From an uncultured Chloroflexia bacterium (GTDB lineage Bacteria; Chloroflexota; Anaerolineae; JAAYZQ01), in NCBI GenBank assembly GCA_963700285.1, contig CAVOXA010000010.1, positions 1,824,001 through 1,888,000 of the forward strand: a stretch of DNA of 64,000 nt, in the 5' to 3' direction. The position numbers and the translations under genes were made by a program. Below are positions 49,816-60,008 of this stretch, in pieces. Positions within the stretch are counted from its first letter, which is position 1. Every line of letters begins with the position of its first letter. The notes under the pieces were generated by a model. That model saw only the letters and a program-made list of their open reading frames with translations. It was not told where the DNA came from and did no database searches.

Positions 49816-50744
49816 GGAAGGAATCGGGAGTGAGAGAAGTACCGAACACCGTCGATATCGTTGCCAACGCCTCCCGGGTAGGTCTGGTGGTACCGGCTTT
49901 CAATGTGCCATACCTGCCCATGATTGAGCCGGTCATACGTGCGCTGGTCGATCAGGATTCTTTTGCCCTGATCGAAGTTGCCCGCCTGGAGTGGATGAAA
50001 TTCGAGGCTCAGGGCCCGGCCGCGGTCATGGAAGAGTTCCAAAAGTGGAACCAGCCCGCTTATGTGCGGCTCCATCTCGATCATGTGCCCGTCATCGATG
50101 AGGATGACCTGTGGGTGGACTACTTGGACATCATCAAGGGTGCCATCGGCCTGGGTTTCCATTCGGTCATGGTGGATGGTTCGCGGCTGAGCCTGGAAGA
50201 CAACATTGAGGTCACCCGGCAGGTAGCCGGTCTGGCGCACAAGGCAGGCATCCCGTGCGAGGGCGAGCTGGGCGCGGTCTTGGGACACGAATCGGGGCCG
50301 CTGCCGCCCTACGACGAGCTTTTTGACTCGGGTCTGGGTTTCACCGACGTCGGGGATGCACAGCGTTTTGTCCAGGAAACCGGCTGCGACTGGCTTTCGG
50401 TGGCGATCGGCAACGTCCATGGGGCCGTATCCGGCGTGCTGAAAGACCAGAAGAAGGTCGAGGCCCGGTTGCACCTCGACCATCTGGGAAAACTGCGTCA
50501 GGCGACGGGCGTGCCGCTTGTACTACACGGCGGCTCTGGAATACAGCGGGACTATTTACTGGCGGCCATCAAGCTGGGCATTGCCAAGGTCAATGTTGGC
50601 ACCGAAATCAGGCAGGTGTACGAATCAGCCCTCAGGCAATCGAGCAGCGTTGCCGCTGCTCAGCAGGCAGTATACGGTCACACCTGCTGGCTGATCCGCG
50701 ACTACTTTGGCCTCGCCGGTACCAGGGAATTCGTGTTGAGCTAG
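49809..50744 (+). CDS. Class II fructose/tagatose-bisphosphate aldolase
   Basis: VPAFN, LHLDH, SVMVDGS, EGELG, AIGNVHG, LVLHGGSG, KVNVGTE. Confidence 0.9.
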   Translation: MVRKESGVREVPNTVDIVANASRVGLVVPAFNVPYLPMIEPVIRALVDQDSFALIEVARLEWMKFEAQGPAAVMEEFQKWNQPAYVRLHLDHVPVIDEDDLWVDYLDIIKGAIGLGFHSVMVDGSRLSLEDNIEVTRQVAGLAHKAGIPCEGELGAVLGHESGPLPPYDELFDSGLGFTDVGDAQRFVQETGCDWLSVAIGNVHGAVSGVLKDQKKVEARLHLDHLGKLRQATGVPLVLHGGSGIQRDYLLAAIKLGIAKVNVGTEIRQVYESALRQSSSVAAAQQAVYGHTCWLIRDYFGLAGTREFVLS

Positions 50745-50772
50745 TCCCCCCCGTAAACGTGAGGAGTACAAA

Positions 50773-52308
50773 ATGAGCCTGCTAGGAATTGATGTAGGAA
50801 CGACAGGCTGCAAGGCAGTTGTTTTCTCTGTGACTGGGGATCCACTCGCGTCTGCCTACGAGGAATACGACGTCCAGAGACCGGAGGCCGGCTGGGCGGA
50901 GTTGGACGCAGTCGATGTCTGGGCCAAGGTCAAGAGGACCATCGCCACGGTATGCGCCGACTGTGCCTCGGATCCCATCCAGGCCCTCGCTGTATCCTCG
51001 TTGGGCGAGGCCATGGTACCAGTTTCGGCCAGCGGCCAGTTGTTGGGACCATCCATCGTCGCCAGCTTTGACCTGCGCGGCGCCGAGTACCTCCCCAGCC
51101 TGGGGAGTGTCCTGGGGAATGAACGCCTGTACCAGATAAATGGCAACACGCTGGGCAACAATTACAGCCTGACAAAGCTCAAATGGATCCAGGAATACGA
51201 ACCGGGGCTGTACGAGAAGACAGACAAGTTTCTGCTGTGGGGCACCTTTGTCTCTTTCATGCTTGGCGCGGAGCCCGTAGTAGACTACTCTCTAGCAAAT
51301 CGGAGCCTGCTTTTTGACATCAACCGGGAAGCCTGGTCGGAAGAGATCCTCCGAATCACTGGTCTTGACCGTGCCAAGTTGCCTGACACGGCTCCGTCGG
51401 GTACCGCAATCGGCACGGTCTCCGCACGAGTCGCGGAGGAACTGGGCCTGCCGGCCGGCGTCCGCATCATCGCTGGCGCGCACGACCAGTGCGCCAACGC
51501 CGTGGGCTGCGGGGTGGTCCAGGAGGGCAGCGCCGTGTACGGCATGGGTACCTTTACCTGTATCACACCCCTATTCAGCCAGCGTCGTAAGCCTCAGATC
51601 ATGATCGAGCGGGGGCTGAATACGGAACACCACGCCGTGCCCGAGCGGTATGTGAGCTTTATTTACAACCAGGGAGGGTCTCTGGTCAAGTGGTTTCGGG
51701 ACACATTTGCCGCGGTCGACCATCGCCAGGCGTTAGCCCAGGGACGGGACACCTACGGTGACCTCATGGCCGAGATGCCAGATGAGCCAAGCGGTCTCAT
51801 GGTCCTACCCCACTTTGCGACAACCGGACCCCCAGATTACATCTCCAATTCCTGTGGCCTCATCGCTGGTTTGCGGTTGGAGACGCCCCGGGGAAGTATC
51901 TTGAAGGGTATCATCGAGGGCGATGCATTTTATCTGAAAGAGTCGGTCGAATCGCTTCCGCCCACCGGGATCACGATCACCAAGTACCACGCAGCGGGTG
52001 GCGGAAGCCAGTCGGATGCCTGGGTTCAAACCTGTGCCGACATTTTGGGCCGGCTCTTTGTGCGACCGGCTATTACCGAAGCTGGCGCCCTGGGGGCGGC
52101 GATCATCGCCGGCGTTGGCAGCGGTCGATTCCTTTCCTTCCAGGACGGCGTGGAGGCCATGGTGCGCTTGGAACGGACTTTCGAGCCGGATCCCTACAGG
52201 CAAAAGTGCTATGCCGATTGGTTTGAGCTGTACAAGGAGTTGTGGCCCACCACTGCTGCCTACCTTCAAGAATTGGCCTCAGCACAGTCGAATCTATCAG
52301 ACGGCTAG
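50773..52308 (+). CDS. FGGY-family carbohydrate kinase
   Basis: LGIDVGTTGCK, GAHDQ, GGGSQSDAW, EAGALGAA. Confidence 0.9.
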   Translation: MSLLGIDVGTTGCKAVVFSVTGDPLASAYEEYDVQRPEAGWAELDAVDVWAKVKRTIATVCADCASDPIQALAVSSLGEAMVPVSASGQLLGPSIVASFDLRGAEYLPSLGSVLGNERLYQINGNTLGNNYSLTKLKWIQEYEPGLYEKTDKFLLWGTFVSFMLGAEPVVDYSLANRSLLFDINREAWSEEILRITGLDRAKLPDTAPSGTAIGTVSARVAEELGLPAGVRIIAGAHDQCANAVGCGVVQEGSAVYGMGTFTCITPLFSQRRKPQIMIERGLNTEHHAVPERYVSFIYNQGGSLVKWFRDTFAAVDHRQALAQGRDTYGDLMAEMPDEPSGLMVLPHFATTGPPDYISNSCGLIAGLRLETPRGSILKGIIEGDAFYLKESVESLPPTGITITKYHAAGGGSQSDAWVQTCADILGRLFVRPAITEAGALGAAIIAGVGSGRFLSFQDGVEAMVRLERTFEPDPYRQKCYADWFELYKELWPTTAAYLQELASAQSNLSDG

Positions 52309-52324
52309 GTGGTGTTTTCGCAGG

Positions 52325-53281
52325 ATGGCCATGATCATTACCCTGACCCTCAACCCTGGGTTGGATCGCACGCTGACCGTGCCGCGCATCCTGCTAGACG
52401 AGGTGTTGCGCGCCACCAAGACGCAACTCGATTGGGGTGGCAAGGGCTTTAACGTCTCGCGGGCGCTGATGGCCCTGGGGATGGACAGCCTGGCCATGGG
52501 TTTGGCGGGTGGAGCGACGGGTCAGATGCTGGAGCGGGGACTCGGCGACCTGGGCATTGCCACCGATCTACTCCAGATTGCTGGCGAGACGCGCACAAAT
52601 ATCGTCGTCACCGATGCGGGTGCGAAACGGCATATCAAGGTGAACGAACCCGGCCCCGCGGTGCAGCAGGAAGAACTGGCTGCGTTGCTGGACCGGGTCC
52701 GCGAGCAGGTTCGCTCGAGGGACCTGTGGGTGCTCTCCGGCAGCTTGCCGCCCGGAGTGCCGCCGACCATTTATGCCCAACTCATCGACATCATCCATGG
52801 GGGTGGCGCCATTGCCTTCCTCGATACAAGTGGCGAGCCGCTGCGGTTGGGCTGTGCGGCCCGCCCCTTCCTGATCAAGCCTAACGTCGCCGAAGCGGAG
52901 GAGATGGTGGGGAAGGCCATCGAATCGGATGCCGATGCCCTGCAGGCTGCGGCGTTCTTTCTGGAACAGGGTGCCGAGTTGGTGGCCCTGTCACTGGGGG
53001 CCGGCGGTCTGCTTTTGTCCTCAGGTCAGAAGGCCATACGGGCCATACCCCCACAGGTGCAAGCGCGGAACTCTGTCGGCGCGGGGGATGCGCTACTGGC
53101 TGGAATAACCTGGGCACTGGAACGAGGGCTGCCTCTGGAGGAGGTCGCCCGCTGGGGTGTCGCAGCCGGCACAGCCGCTGCTATGGGTGAAGGGGTGGGC
53201 GTCGGCTCATACGCCGAGGTCCAGGGATTGTACAAAGTAACGAGTGTCCACAGCGGAAGCGGACCGAGCATCACTACATGA
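52325..53281 (+). CDS. 1-phosphofructokinase/tagatose-6-phosphate kinase family (PfkB)
   Basis: TLTLNPGLD, GGKGFNVSR, SGSLPPG, IKPN..E, VGAGDA. Confidence 0.9.
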   Translation: MAMIITLTLNPGLDRTLTVPRILLDEVLRATKTQLDWGGKGFNVSRALMALGMDSLAMGLAGGATGQMLERGLGDLGIATDLLQIAGETRTNIVVTDAGAKRHIKVNEPGPAVQQEELAALLDRVREQVRSRDLWVLSGSLPPGVPPTIYAQLIDIIHGGGAIAFLDTSGEPLRLGCAARPFLIKPNVAEAEEMVGKAIESDADALQAAAFFLEQGAELVALSLGAGGLLLSSGQKAIRAIPPQVQARNSVGAGDALLAGITWALERGLPLEEVARWGVAAGTAAAMGEGVGVGSYAEVQGLYKVTSVHSGSGPSITT

Positions 53282-53657
53282 TGCCTCGGACATATCCCCC
53301 ATCCACCTGGATCGTCGTCCTGGTGATAAAGCTAGCCCGTTCGGAAGCCAGGAACGCCACCAAAGCCCCAAGTTCTTGGGGTCTGCCCATGCGTTTCATG
53401 GGAAAGCCAGCCGAAATGGCAGCCAGTTCCTGCTCTGTGCTTGTTCCGTGATCAGCGGCGTGGGCCTCGAATAGCTCCCCGACCTCTTCGGTCCGCGTAT
53501 AGCCTGGCGCCACGTTGTTGATAGTGATGCCCTCGGTCGCCAATTGTGTCGAGTAGGCCTTGGCCAGCCCTATCACCCCAGGGCGGTAGACGTTGGAAAA
53601 CAGCAGATCGTCGATGGGCTGTTTGACCGATACCGAGGTGGCGTTGACGATGCGACC
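53274..53657 (-). pseudogene. 5'-truncated SDR oxidoreductase fragment
   Basis: GRIVNATSVSVKQP..SNVYRPGVIGLAK...NNVAPG...QVDGG preceded by an in-frame stop; no Rossmann N-terminus. Confidence 0.75.
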
Positions 53658-53858
53658 TCACCAAAGGCACCTATCCTCTCCTCTCATCACCCCTTCTGCT
53701 TCAAATCCCCGCAGCTCACCGCTGGCAAGAGGCGTTCCACGAACTCTGGCATGTCAACTCATTCGAGGAACAGAAGGGAGCAGCACGTAAATCACCGTGC
53801 TGCTCCTGGCGAAGGATCTGGAGACTGTGGGGGCGGGCCCCCTACGACGGTTGGCTGC

Positions 53859-55187
53859 CTAAAGGCACTCGCCTGCTCCGACGTCCATCGCCACCATGCC
53901 CGTGATCATCTTTGGATAAAAGTCGGTGGACTTTTGCGGCATTTTGGCTCCCAAGTCGGAACAGGCTTTCACCTCGGCCATGCGCGTGGGATTCATGACA
54001 TAGACACACACGGCCTTGCCCTCGTCCACGTTGGCGATGGCTAGATCCAGGTCGCGGTGGTAGTCGATATTCTCCTTGGCGGCGACTCGTTCCTTGCTGA
54101 TGCCCATCACCCGCTCGATGAGCACTTCGTGGAGAATACTCGCGTCGAGCATCCTCCATTCCTCGGCACTGTCAGGCAAGATCTGAGCCATCACTTCTGG
54201 GCCTCTGAGCCGAAGCAGGTAGTAGTTTCCGTCGTAAAAGCCGATGCGACGGTCTGTAGGGGTCTCCTCCGCCAATGCCTGCGCAAGGGCCGCCTGGCCG
54301 GCGACGGGGCTGACCTCAAAGTACTCGGCAGCGTCAGCCAGGATCTGCGACGTGGTTTTGGTCGAATAGTCAAGCATCTGCCGGTGGGTAGGCAGGATGG
54401 TCAGCCCCGGATCGTCCATGCTGACCAGAGCGACCATTCGGAAGTTGAACGCTGCACTCGCTTTGGCGTCGGGGTAGATATCCCGCATCTCGTCCCGGTA
54501 GTTGAGTGCGGTCTCGTAGCGGTGATGACCATCAGCGATGATCAAGCCCGTCTTTGGGGCCATCTCAGCCACCACGTCTGCGACCACCGCCGGGTCGGTG
54601 ACTGCCCATAACTGTTGGCGTACGTCTTTCTCAAAGAATTCCCGCACGTCGACATCGGGAGGTCGACCGGCAACGGCAACATCAAAGAGCTCGTTGATCT
54701 TGTTGTCCGGATCGGGGTAGAGCATAAAGATCTGCCCGAAATTGGCTGCTGTAGCGCGGAGCAGATTCAAGCGGTCCACCTTGGGCCCGGCGAGGGTACG
54801 TTCGTGAGGCAAGACGATCCCCTCGTCGAATTCAGCCAGCTCCAGGGCGGCGATGAAGGCTTTGCGTGTCCGTTGTGTACCATCGGGCAGGGTAAAGGTC
54901 TGGTGATAGACATAGAGGGTAGGATCTTTGTCCCGCAGCAGGTAGTCCTCCTCCAACCAGGTCTGATAGTAGTCCGAGGCACGGGTATACACGTTCTCAC
55001 TATCCGGTGAATCGCCTTCCATCTCCCGTCCCTTGATGATGCGCACAATGTTGTGGGCGTCCAAGTCATAGTACTCGTCCTGCAGACCGTAGCGGACACG
55101 GTCATATGGCTGGCTGACTACCTTGCTCAGATCGTCAACCTTTTCACGATTGTAGCGGATCCCTCGAAAGGGAACGATTTTGGCCAT
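53859..55187 (-). CDS. DUF1015 family protein
   Basis: PFRGIRY, QPYD, LPHERT, IADGHHRYETA, PTHR, MPQKSTDFYPK. Confidence 0.9.
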   Translation of the reverse strand: MAKIVPFRGIRYNREKVDDLSKVVSQPYDRVRYGLQDEYYDLDAHNIVRIIKGREMEGDSPDSENVYTRASDYYQTWLEEDYLLRDKDPTLYVYHQTFTLPDGTQRTRKAFIAALELAEFDEGIVLPHERTLAGPKVDRLNLLRATAANFGQIFMLYPDPDNKINELFDVAVAGRPPDVDVREFFEKDVRQQLWAVTDPAVVADVVAEMAPKTGLIIADGHHRYETALNYRDEMRDIYPDAKASAAFNFRMVALVSMDDPGLTILPTHRQMLDYSTKTTSQILADAAEYFEVSPVAGQAALAQALAEETPTDRRIGFYDGNYYLLRLRGPEVMAQILPDSAEEWRMLDASILHEVLIERVMGISKERVAAKENIDYHRDLDLAIANVDEGKAVCVYVMNPTRMAEVKACSDLGAKMPQKSTDFYPKMITGMVAMDVGAGECL

Positions 55188-55276
55188 GGTCCCAACCTCC
55201 AATGCCGGTACAGCCCTAGACGTCAGACGCCATGGCTGATCCGTGATGCAAGAGGGCGCGTGACACGCTGCGTCCT

Positions 55277-56215
55277 CTAGAACTCGTTGTTATAGTATTC
55301 GATCAGAATTTCGGCGACTTCGGTGCCCACGCGTGCTTGTCCCTCGACAGTGCTGGCTCCGATATGAGGCGAGCCGATGACCTTGCTGAACCCATTCTCG
55401 TCCTTCAGTCCGTAGAGCTTGGCATTGCCCGGGTTAACTTTTTCGTCCAGGTAGACGTCCAGCGCCGCGCCGGCCACCTTGCCGCTCTTCAGGGCATCGT
55501 ACAGAGCATCTTCATCGATGACGCCACCCCGGGCACAGTTGACGACATACACGCCATCTTTCATCTTGGCAAATGCCTGGGCATCCAGCAGGTTCTTGGT
55601 CGCCGGCAGGAAAGGTACGTGGAGCGAGATATAGTCGCTCCGAGCCAGTACTTCCTCAAGGTCAACCTGCTTTGCCGGGCCTGGGTCGGGGGGGGCAACT
55701 ACGTCATAGAAGATCACGTCCATGCCCAGGACCGCGGCCTTCCGGCCCAGCAGGCCGCCGATGTTGCCAAAGCCGATGAGCCCCAGGGTTTTGTCCGCAA
55801 TCTCGGTACCCTTGAGTTTGTTCTTTTGCCACTCGCCGGCCGTCATGCTCATCGTCGCTTGGGGGATGTGGCGAGCCATGGCCAGCATATAGCCCAGGGC
55901 CAACTCGGCCACGGAATTGGAGCTGGCCTTGGGTGTGTTGCGTACGGCAACTCCCTTCTCCCGGGCATAAGCCACATCGATGTTGTCCAAGCCGACGCCG
56001 CCACGGACGACGATCTTGAGATTCTTGGCCGCGTCAATGACCTCTTTTGGGATCTTGGTCCGGCTTCGGACCACCATGCCGTCATAGTTGGCGGCGTCGC
56101 TCAGCAATTCCTCCGCCGAGATGTCCGGTCTGTTCTCCACCTCAATACCTGCATCGAGCAAGGCCTGGACTGTAACAGGCGCAACAGCATCACAGACTAG
56201 TACTTTCATGGTCAT
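55277..56215 (-). CDS. serA: D-3-phosphoglycerate dehydrogenase (short form)
   Basis: VVRSRTK, RGGVGLDNID, SVAEL, GFGNIG, NCARGG, SPHIGAST.EGQ. Confidence 0.85.
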   Translation of the reverse strand: MTMKVLVCDAVAPVTVQALLDAGIEVENRPDISAEELLSDAANYDGMVVRSRTKIPKEVIDAAKNLKIVVRGGVGLDNIDVAYAREKGVAVRNTPKASSNSVAELALGYMLAMARHIPQATMSMTAGEWQKNKLKGTEIADKTLGLIGFGNIGGLLGRKAAVLGMDVIFYDVVAPPDPGPAKQVDLEEVLARSDYISLHVPFLPATKNLLDAQAFAKMKDGVYVVNCARGGVIDEDALYDALKSGKVAGAALDVYLDEKVNPGNAKLYGLKDENGFSKVIGSPHIGASTVEGQARVGTEVAEILIEYYNNEF

Positions 56216-56285
56216 TTCACCTCTCGCGTTTGAAACGAGATGCGTGGCAGCAACCGCCCTCGCGTTTCACGCATCGCGCATCACA

Positions 56286-57353
56286 TCATAGTCCCAGTAT
56301 GTCGTTGATCTGCGTTAGCAGCCACTGGATATCCGATAGCTGGAGGTCGCCCATGTGGGCAATGCGGAAGCACTTTTCCTTGAGGGTGCCGTAGCCGTTG
56401 GAGATCATGGCCCCTCTTTTTCCGAGTTCCTCGTTCAAGCCAGCGACACTGATACCCCGGGTGTTCTCGACGTTGGTTACGGTGTTTGACAAGTACCGTT
56501 CGTCGCCATACAGAGCAAAATTCTCACGCGCCCAACCGCGGACGACCTCGGCCATCTCGATGTGCCGCTGCCAGCGGTGCTCCAGTCCCTCTGCAAGGAT
56601 GTCGTCCATCTGCGTGTTCAGGGCCTGGATCAGGCTGATAGCCGGCGTGGCCGGAGTCTGGTGGGCATCGTACTTTTTGTCCATCTGATCATAGGCAAAA
56701 TAGAGGCCCCGGTTAGGCACCTGCAGGGCGCGTTCCCGCGCCCGGTCGCTGACGGCGGCCACGGTCAGGCCTGGCGGCAGCGCAAAGCACTTTTGCACGC
56801 CGGCCAGGCAGACGTCCAGTCCCCAGGCGTCGAACTCGATTTTCGTGCCGGCCATGCCACTCACGGCGTCGACCAGGATCAGCACGTTGGGGTATTTGGC
56901 GTGGATGAGTTCCGCGATCTCTGGGATGGGATTCATGACACCCGTGGAAGTCTCGTTGAGGCACACGGCAAGGGCGTCGTACTCGTCTTTGGACAGCGCC
57001 TCGTCCACCAGCTCGGGGGTAATGGCCTGGCCCATGGGCACCTCCAGTTTGTCACGGGGAATGCCATTGGCCACGATCATTTCGTCCCACCGCTTGGAAA
57101 AGGCGCCGCATACCGTGCTGAGCATTCTCTTGGTTGAGGCCTGTCGCACGGATCCTTCCATGACTCCGCTCGAAGACGAAGCATACAGATAGACGCGCTG
57201 CTGGGTATAGAGCAGCTCTTGAAGCTTGGGGGTTACCGCAGCCTGCAGGTCCGAATATTCTTTGGCGCGATGGCCGATCATTGGCACGGTCTGAGCCTGC
57301 AGTATTTCGTCCCGCACGTGAGTAGGACCCGGAATGAACAGTTTTTTGTACAT
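56286..57353 (-). CDS. Class V PLP aminotransferase (alanine-glyoxylate/phosphoserine type)
   Basis: LFIPGPT, NETSTG, VDAVS, GVQKCFALPPG, TPATPA, FRIAHMG. Confidence 0.9.
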   Translation of the reverse strand: MYKKLFIPGPTHVRDEILQAQTVPMIGHRAKEYSDLQAAVTPKLQELLYTQQRVYLYASSSSGVMEGSVRQASTKRMLSTVCGAFSKRWDEMIVANGIPRDKLEVPMGQAITPELVDEALSKDEYDALAVCLNETSTGVMNPIPEIAELIHAKYPNVLILVDAVSGMAGTKIEFDAWGLDVCLAGVQKCFALPPGLTVAAVSDRARERALQVPNRGLYFAYDQMDKKYDAHQTPATPAISLIQALNTQMDDILAEGLEHRWQRHIEMAEVVRGWARENFALYGDERYLSNTVTNVENTRGISVAGLNEELGKRGAMISNGYGTLKEKCFRIAHMGDLQLSDIQWLLTQINDILGL

Positions 57354-57618
57354 GTCTTACCTCCTCGTAAAGACCTTGTAGGTTTTCTGCCTTTCGGTTA
57401 AACTAGGTGCTGGAGGTGTCCTCAAGCGGGCCAGGGCGATGCAACAGATTTCTAGATAGCGCCTCCAGCCTGAACCACAGGCCCTATTGTACCAACTTTC
57501 GCCAAAAGGGGCAACTTGAACGCCAACATTTGCTTGACGTCAAACCTTTTATCTGGTATTATCCAGTCCTGAAGGACGCTCCTTCAAAATCCTGGAACCT
57601 ATCAAGGAGGATGGAGTC

Positions 57619-58200
57619 ATGTCAGAAATCAATACATCGTGCGTGTATTTTACGCAAACTGGCCCGGCCAACACGGACCGCACGCTGGAACTGGCCCGCG
57701 CTCGCGCCGAGGAATTGGGCATTCGCTGGATTCTTGTGGCGACCACCAGGGGGACAACTGGCCTGAAAGCGACCCAGATGTTCCAAGGATTGGAGGTCAT
57801 CGTCGTGAGCCACTCCACGGGCTTTGGTGGACCAGACACCCAGGAGTTGACCGATGAGAACCGGGTTGCCATCGAGGCTGCAGGAGCCAAGATCCTGACC
57901 TGCCAACACGCCTTTGGTGGCGTGGGCCGGGCCGTACGCAAAAAGATGGGCACATACCAGCTAGATGAGATCATGGCCTTCACCTTGCGTACATTCTGTG
58001 AAGGGATCAAGGTCGCTGCCGAGATGTCGCTCATGGCCGCCGACGCGGGCTTGGTGCGGACCGATGAGCCGCTGATTGCCATTGCCGGGACGGGCGGTGG
58101 TGCCGATACGGCGGCCGTCCTCAAGCCGACCAACGCCCAGACCTTCTTCGACCTGCGTTTCCTGGAAATCATCTGCATGCCTTCGCCTGGACACCCATAA
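57619..58200 (+). CDS. Pyruvate kinase alpha/beta-domain-like protein
   Basis: YF...GPANT..TL, VATTRGTTG, GIKVAAE...MAADAG, GTGGGADTA. Confidence 0.8.
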   Translation: MSEINTSCVYFTQTGPANTDRTLELARARAEELGIRWILVATTRGTTGLKATQMFQGLEVIVVSHSTGFGGPDTQELTDENRVAIEAAGAKILTCQHAFGGVGRAVRKKMGTYQLDEIMAFTLRTFCEGIKVAAEMSLMAADAGLVRTDEPLIAIAGTGGGADTAAVLKPTNAQTFFDLRFLEIICMPSPGHP

Positions 58201-58283
58201 CAATCAAGCTGTGATAAGAGAAAACTCGGGACGTTGATCGGAAAGACATCTGATTCAAGCCATGGGGGCCTAGGAGGCGGCGT

Positions 58284-60008
58284 ATGGACATTGGTCAGAT
58301 TACCACTATGAACGCAGAAGAGATCATCCAGTATTTTCAGCAGCTCATTACCACCGAAGCCATACGGCAGCTAGCAGTCTTTGTGCTGGTTCTGATTGTC
58401 GCCTATATACCAGCCAGGCTCATCGAGTGGCTCCTTCGGCGGGTGCTGGCCACTTGGTTGGAGAGATTATCCTGGCTCGACATCGCCTACAGGATCCTGC
58501 AGGCTGTGCTGTATCCCCTGCTGGCATGGGGCCTGATCTTGCTGAGCATTCCAGCTTTTGAGAGCCAGGGCTGGGCCAGCGATATCTTGGCCTGGCTGAT
58601 CCCTCTCTTACCAGTATGGCTGATCTACCGTCTGGCCAAAACTGTGACGTACATCGCCCTACCACCCGATCGGGCCAGACTAGTCTACCGCCGCGCGGTA
58701 GTTCCCTTGATCCTGCTTCTGGTGGTTCTGCACCTTGTTGGTGTACTGAACCATATTTGGGACTATCGCTCTGAAATCCTGCAGGCGGTGGTTCTGGCCC
58801 TGATCTTTTTTGTGTCCAAGCTTCCCGTGGAGCCCCTGCGCCGGCAACTGGACCGGGTGCAGATGCGGGTACTGGGATCGTCGATCCTTGAGATCCTACC
58901 CCTGGCCAGGCACATGATCCCCGTCCTCATGTGGGCCCTGCAGCCCCTTATTGCTTGGATTCTGGGGATGGGGGTCCTGGCTCTCTATGGCGTCCTCGGC
59001 GTGGACAGTAGTTTCTCGGCCTGGGCGGTTCCTTTTTTCCTCCTGTGGTTCGCATACGAGGCGGCCCAGGCTTTTCTCACCCTGTACCTGTCGCCCTCAA
59101 ACGGAAGGCGCTCGGTCCGTGTCCTGCAGATTGTGGTACTTGTGATTGCAGCCCTGCACAGCATTGATTCCTTGAATGTTATCTGGAGCTGGGGCGTCTG
59201 GCAGGTCGGTGAGAACGCCTGGGTCGAGATCGGCGGGCTGCTTATCGGCCTGGTGATCCTGGTCCTGACAGTGTTGCTCTCCAGGACCACGCGTGTCTTT
59301 CTACGAGAGCGGCTACCCGACACAGGGCTCAACCCTTCTTTAGCCCAGATTGTGACCACATTCGCAGGATACGTCATCATCTTTGCCGGGCTGATGCTCG
59401 CCCTCAACCGCATGAATATCCCGCTGACGAGCTTAACCGTCATCATTGGCGGCCTCTCTGTTGGAATTGGCTTCAGCCTTCAAGACATCCTAAGCAACTT
59501 TATCGCTGGCATTGTCCTGATGTTCGAGGGTTCCATTGTTCCGGGTGCTGTGGTGGAGGTCGACCAGACCACTGGTGTCGTCACCGAAGTCGGTATCCGC
59601 GCCATGCGCATGAGGACCTACGACAACGTGGACATTGTCGTCCCCAATTCGCGTTTCCTGACCCAGGAGGTGACCAACTACAGCAGCGGTGACCCGAGGG
59701 TCCGCATCCGCCTCCCGATTGGGGTAACCTCCAACGCCGATCCTCGCCAGACCGAGGCTGCCATCTTGCGGGGCGCCCGCCATCCAGAGATCCTGGATGA
59801 TCCGCCCCCCTCTGTGTTCTATACTGATTTTTCCAGCGACAATCACGATTTCGAGCTGTTGGTCTGGACCGATGACGCAACCAAGATCCCCCGCATCAAG
59901 AGCGATCTGCGCTACACCGTGTGGGACGAGCTTGTGGCCGAGGACATCGGCATGCCGCTGCCGGCCCTCGACCTGTACGTCAAGGCAATGCCAGAGGAGA
60001 CGCAATGA
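58284..60008 (+). CDS. Mechanosensitive channel, MscS family with N-terminal TM extension
   Basis: GGLSVGIGFSLQDILSNFIAG, IVVPNS, VTNYS, RIKSDLRY. Confidence 0.9.
   Translation: MDIGQITTMNAEEIIQYFQQLITTEAIRQLAVFVLVLIVAYIPARLIEWLLRRVLATWLERLSWLDIAYRILQAVLYPLLAWGLILLSIPAFESQGWASDILAWLIPLLPVWLIYRLAKTVTYIALPPDRARLVYRRAVVPLILLLVVLHLVGVLNHIWDYRSEILQAVVLALIFFVSKLPVEPLRRQLDRVQMRVLGSSILEILPLARHMIPVLMWALQPLIAWILGMGVLALYGVLGVDSSFSAWAVPFFLLWFAYEAAQAFLTLYLSPSNGRRSVRVLQIVVLVIAALHSIDSLNVIWSWGVWQVGENAWVEIGGLLIGLVILVLTVLLSRTTRVFLRERLPDTGLNPSLAQIVTTFAGYVIIFAGLMLALNRMNIPLTSLTVIIGGLSVGIGFSLQDILSNFIAGIVLMFEGSIVPGAVVEVDQTTGVVTEVGIRAMRMRTYDNVDIVVPNSRFLTQEVTNYSSGDPRVRIRLPIGVTSNADPRQTEAAILRGARHPEILDDPPPSVFYTDFSSDNHDFELLVWTDDATKIPRIKSDLRYTVWDELVAEDIGMPLPALDLYVKAMPEETQ

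Noticed and set aside
57354-57490. Glycine riboswitch upstream of the aminotransferase-serA operon
   Set aside because: A GCTGGAGG/CCTCCAGC stem exists, but the GGAGA..CCGAAG..CTCAGG aptamer motifs cannot be aligned.
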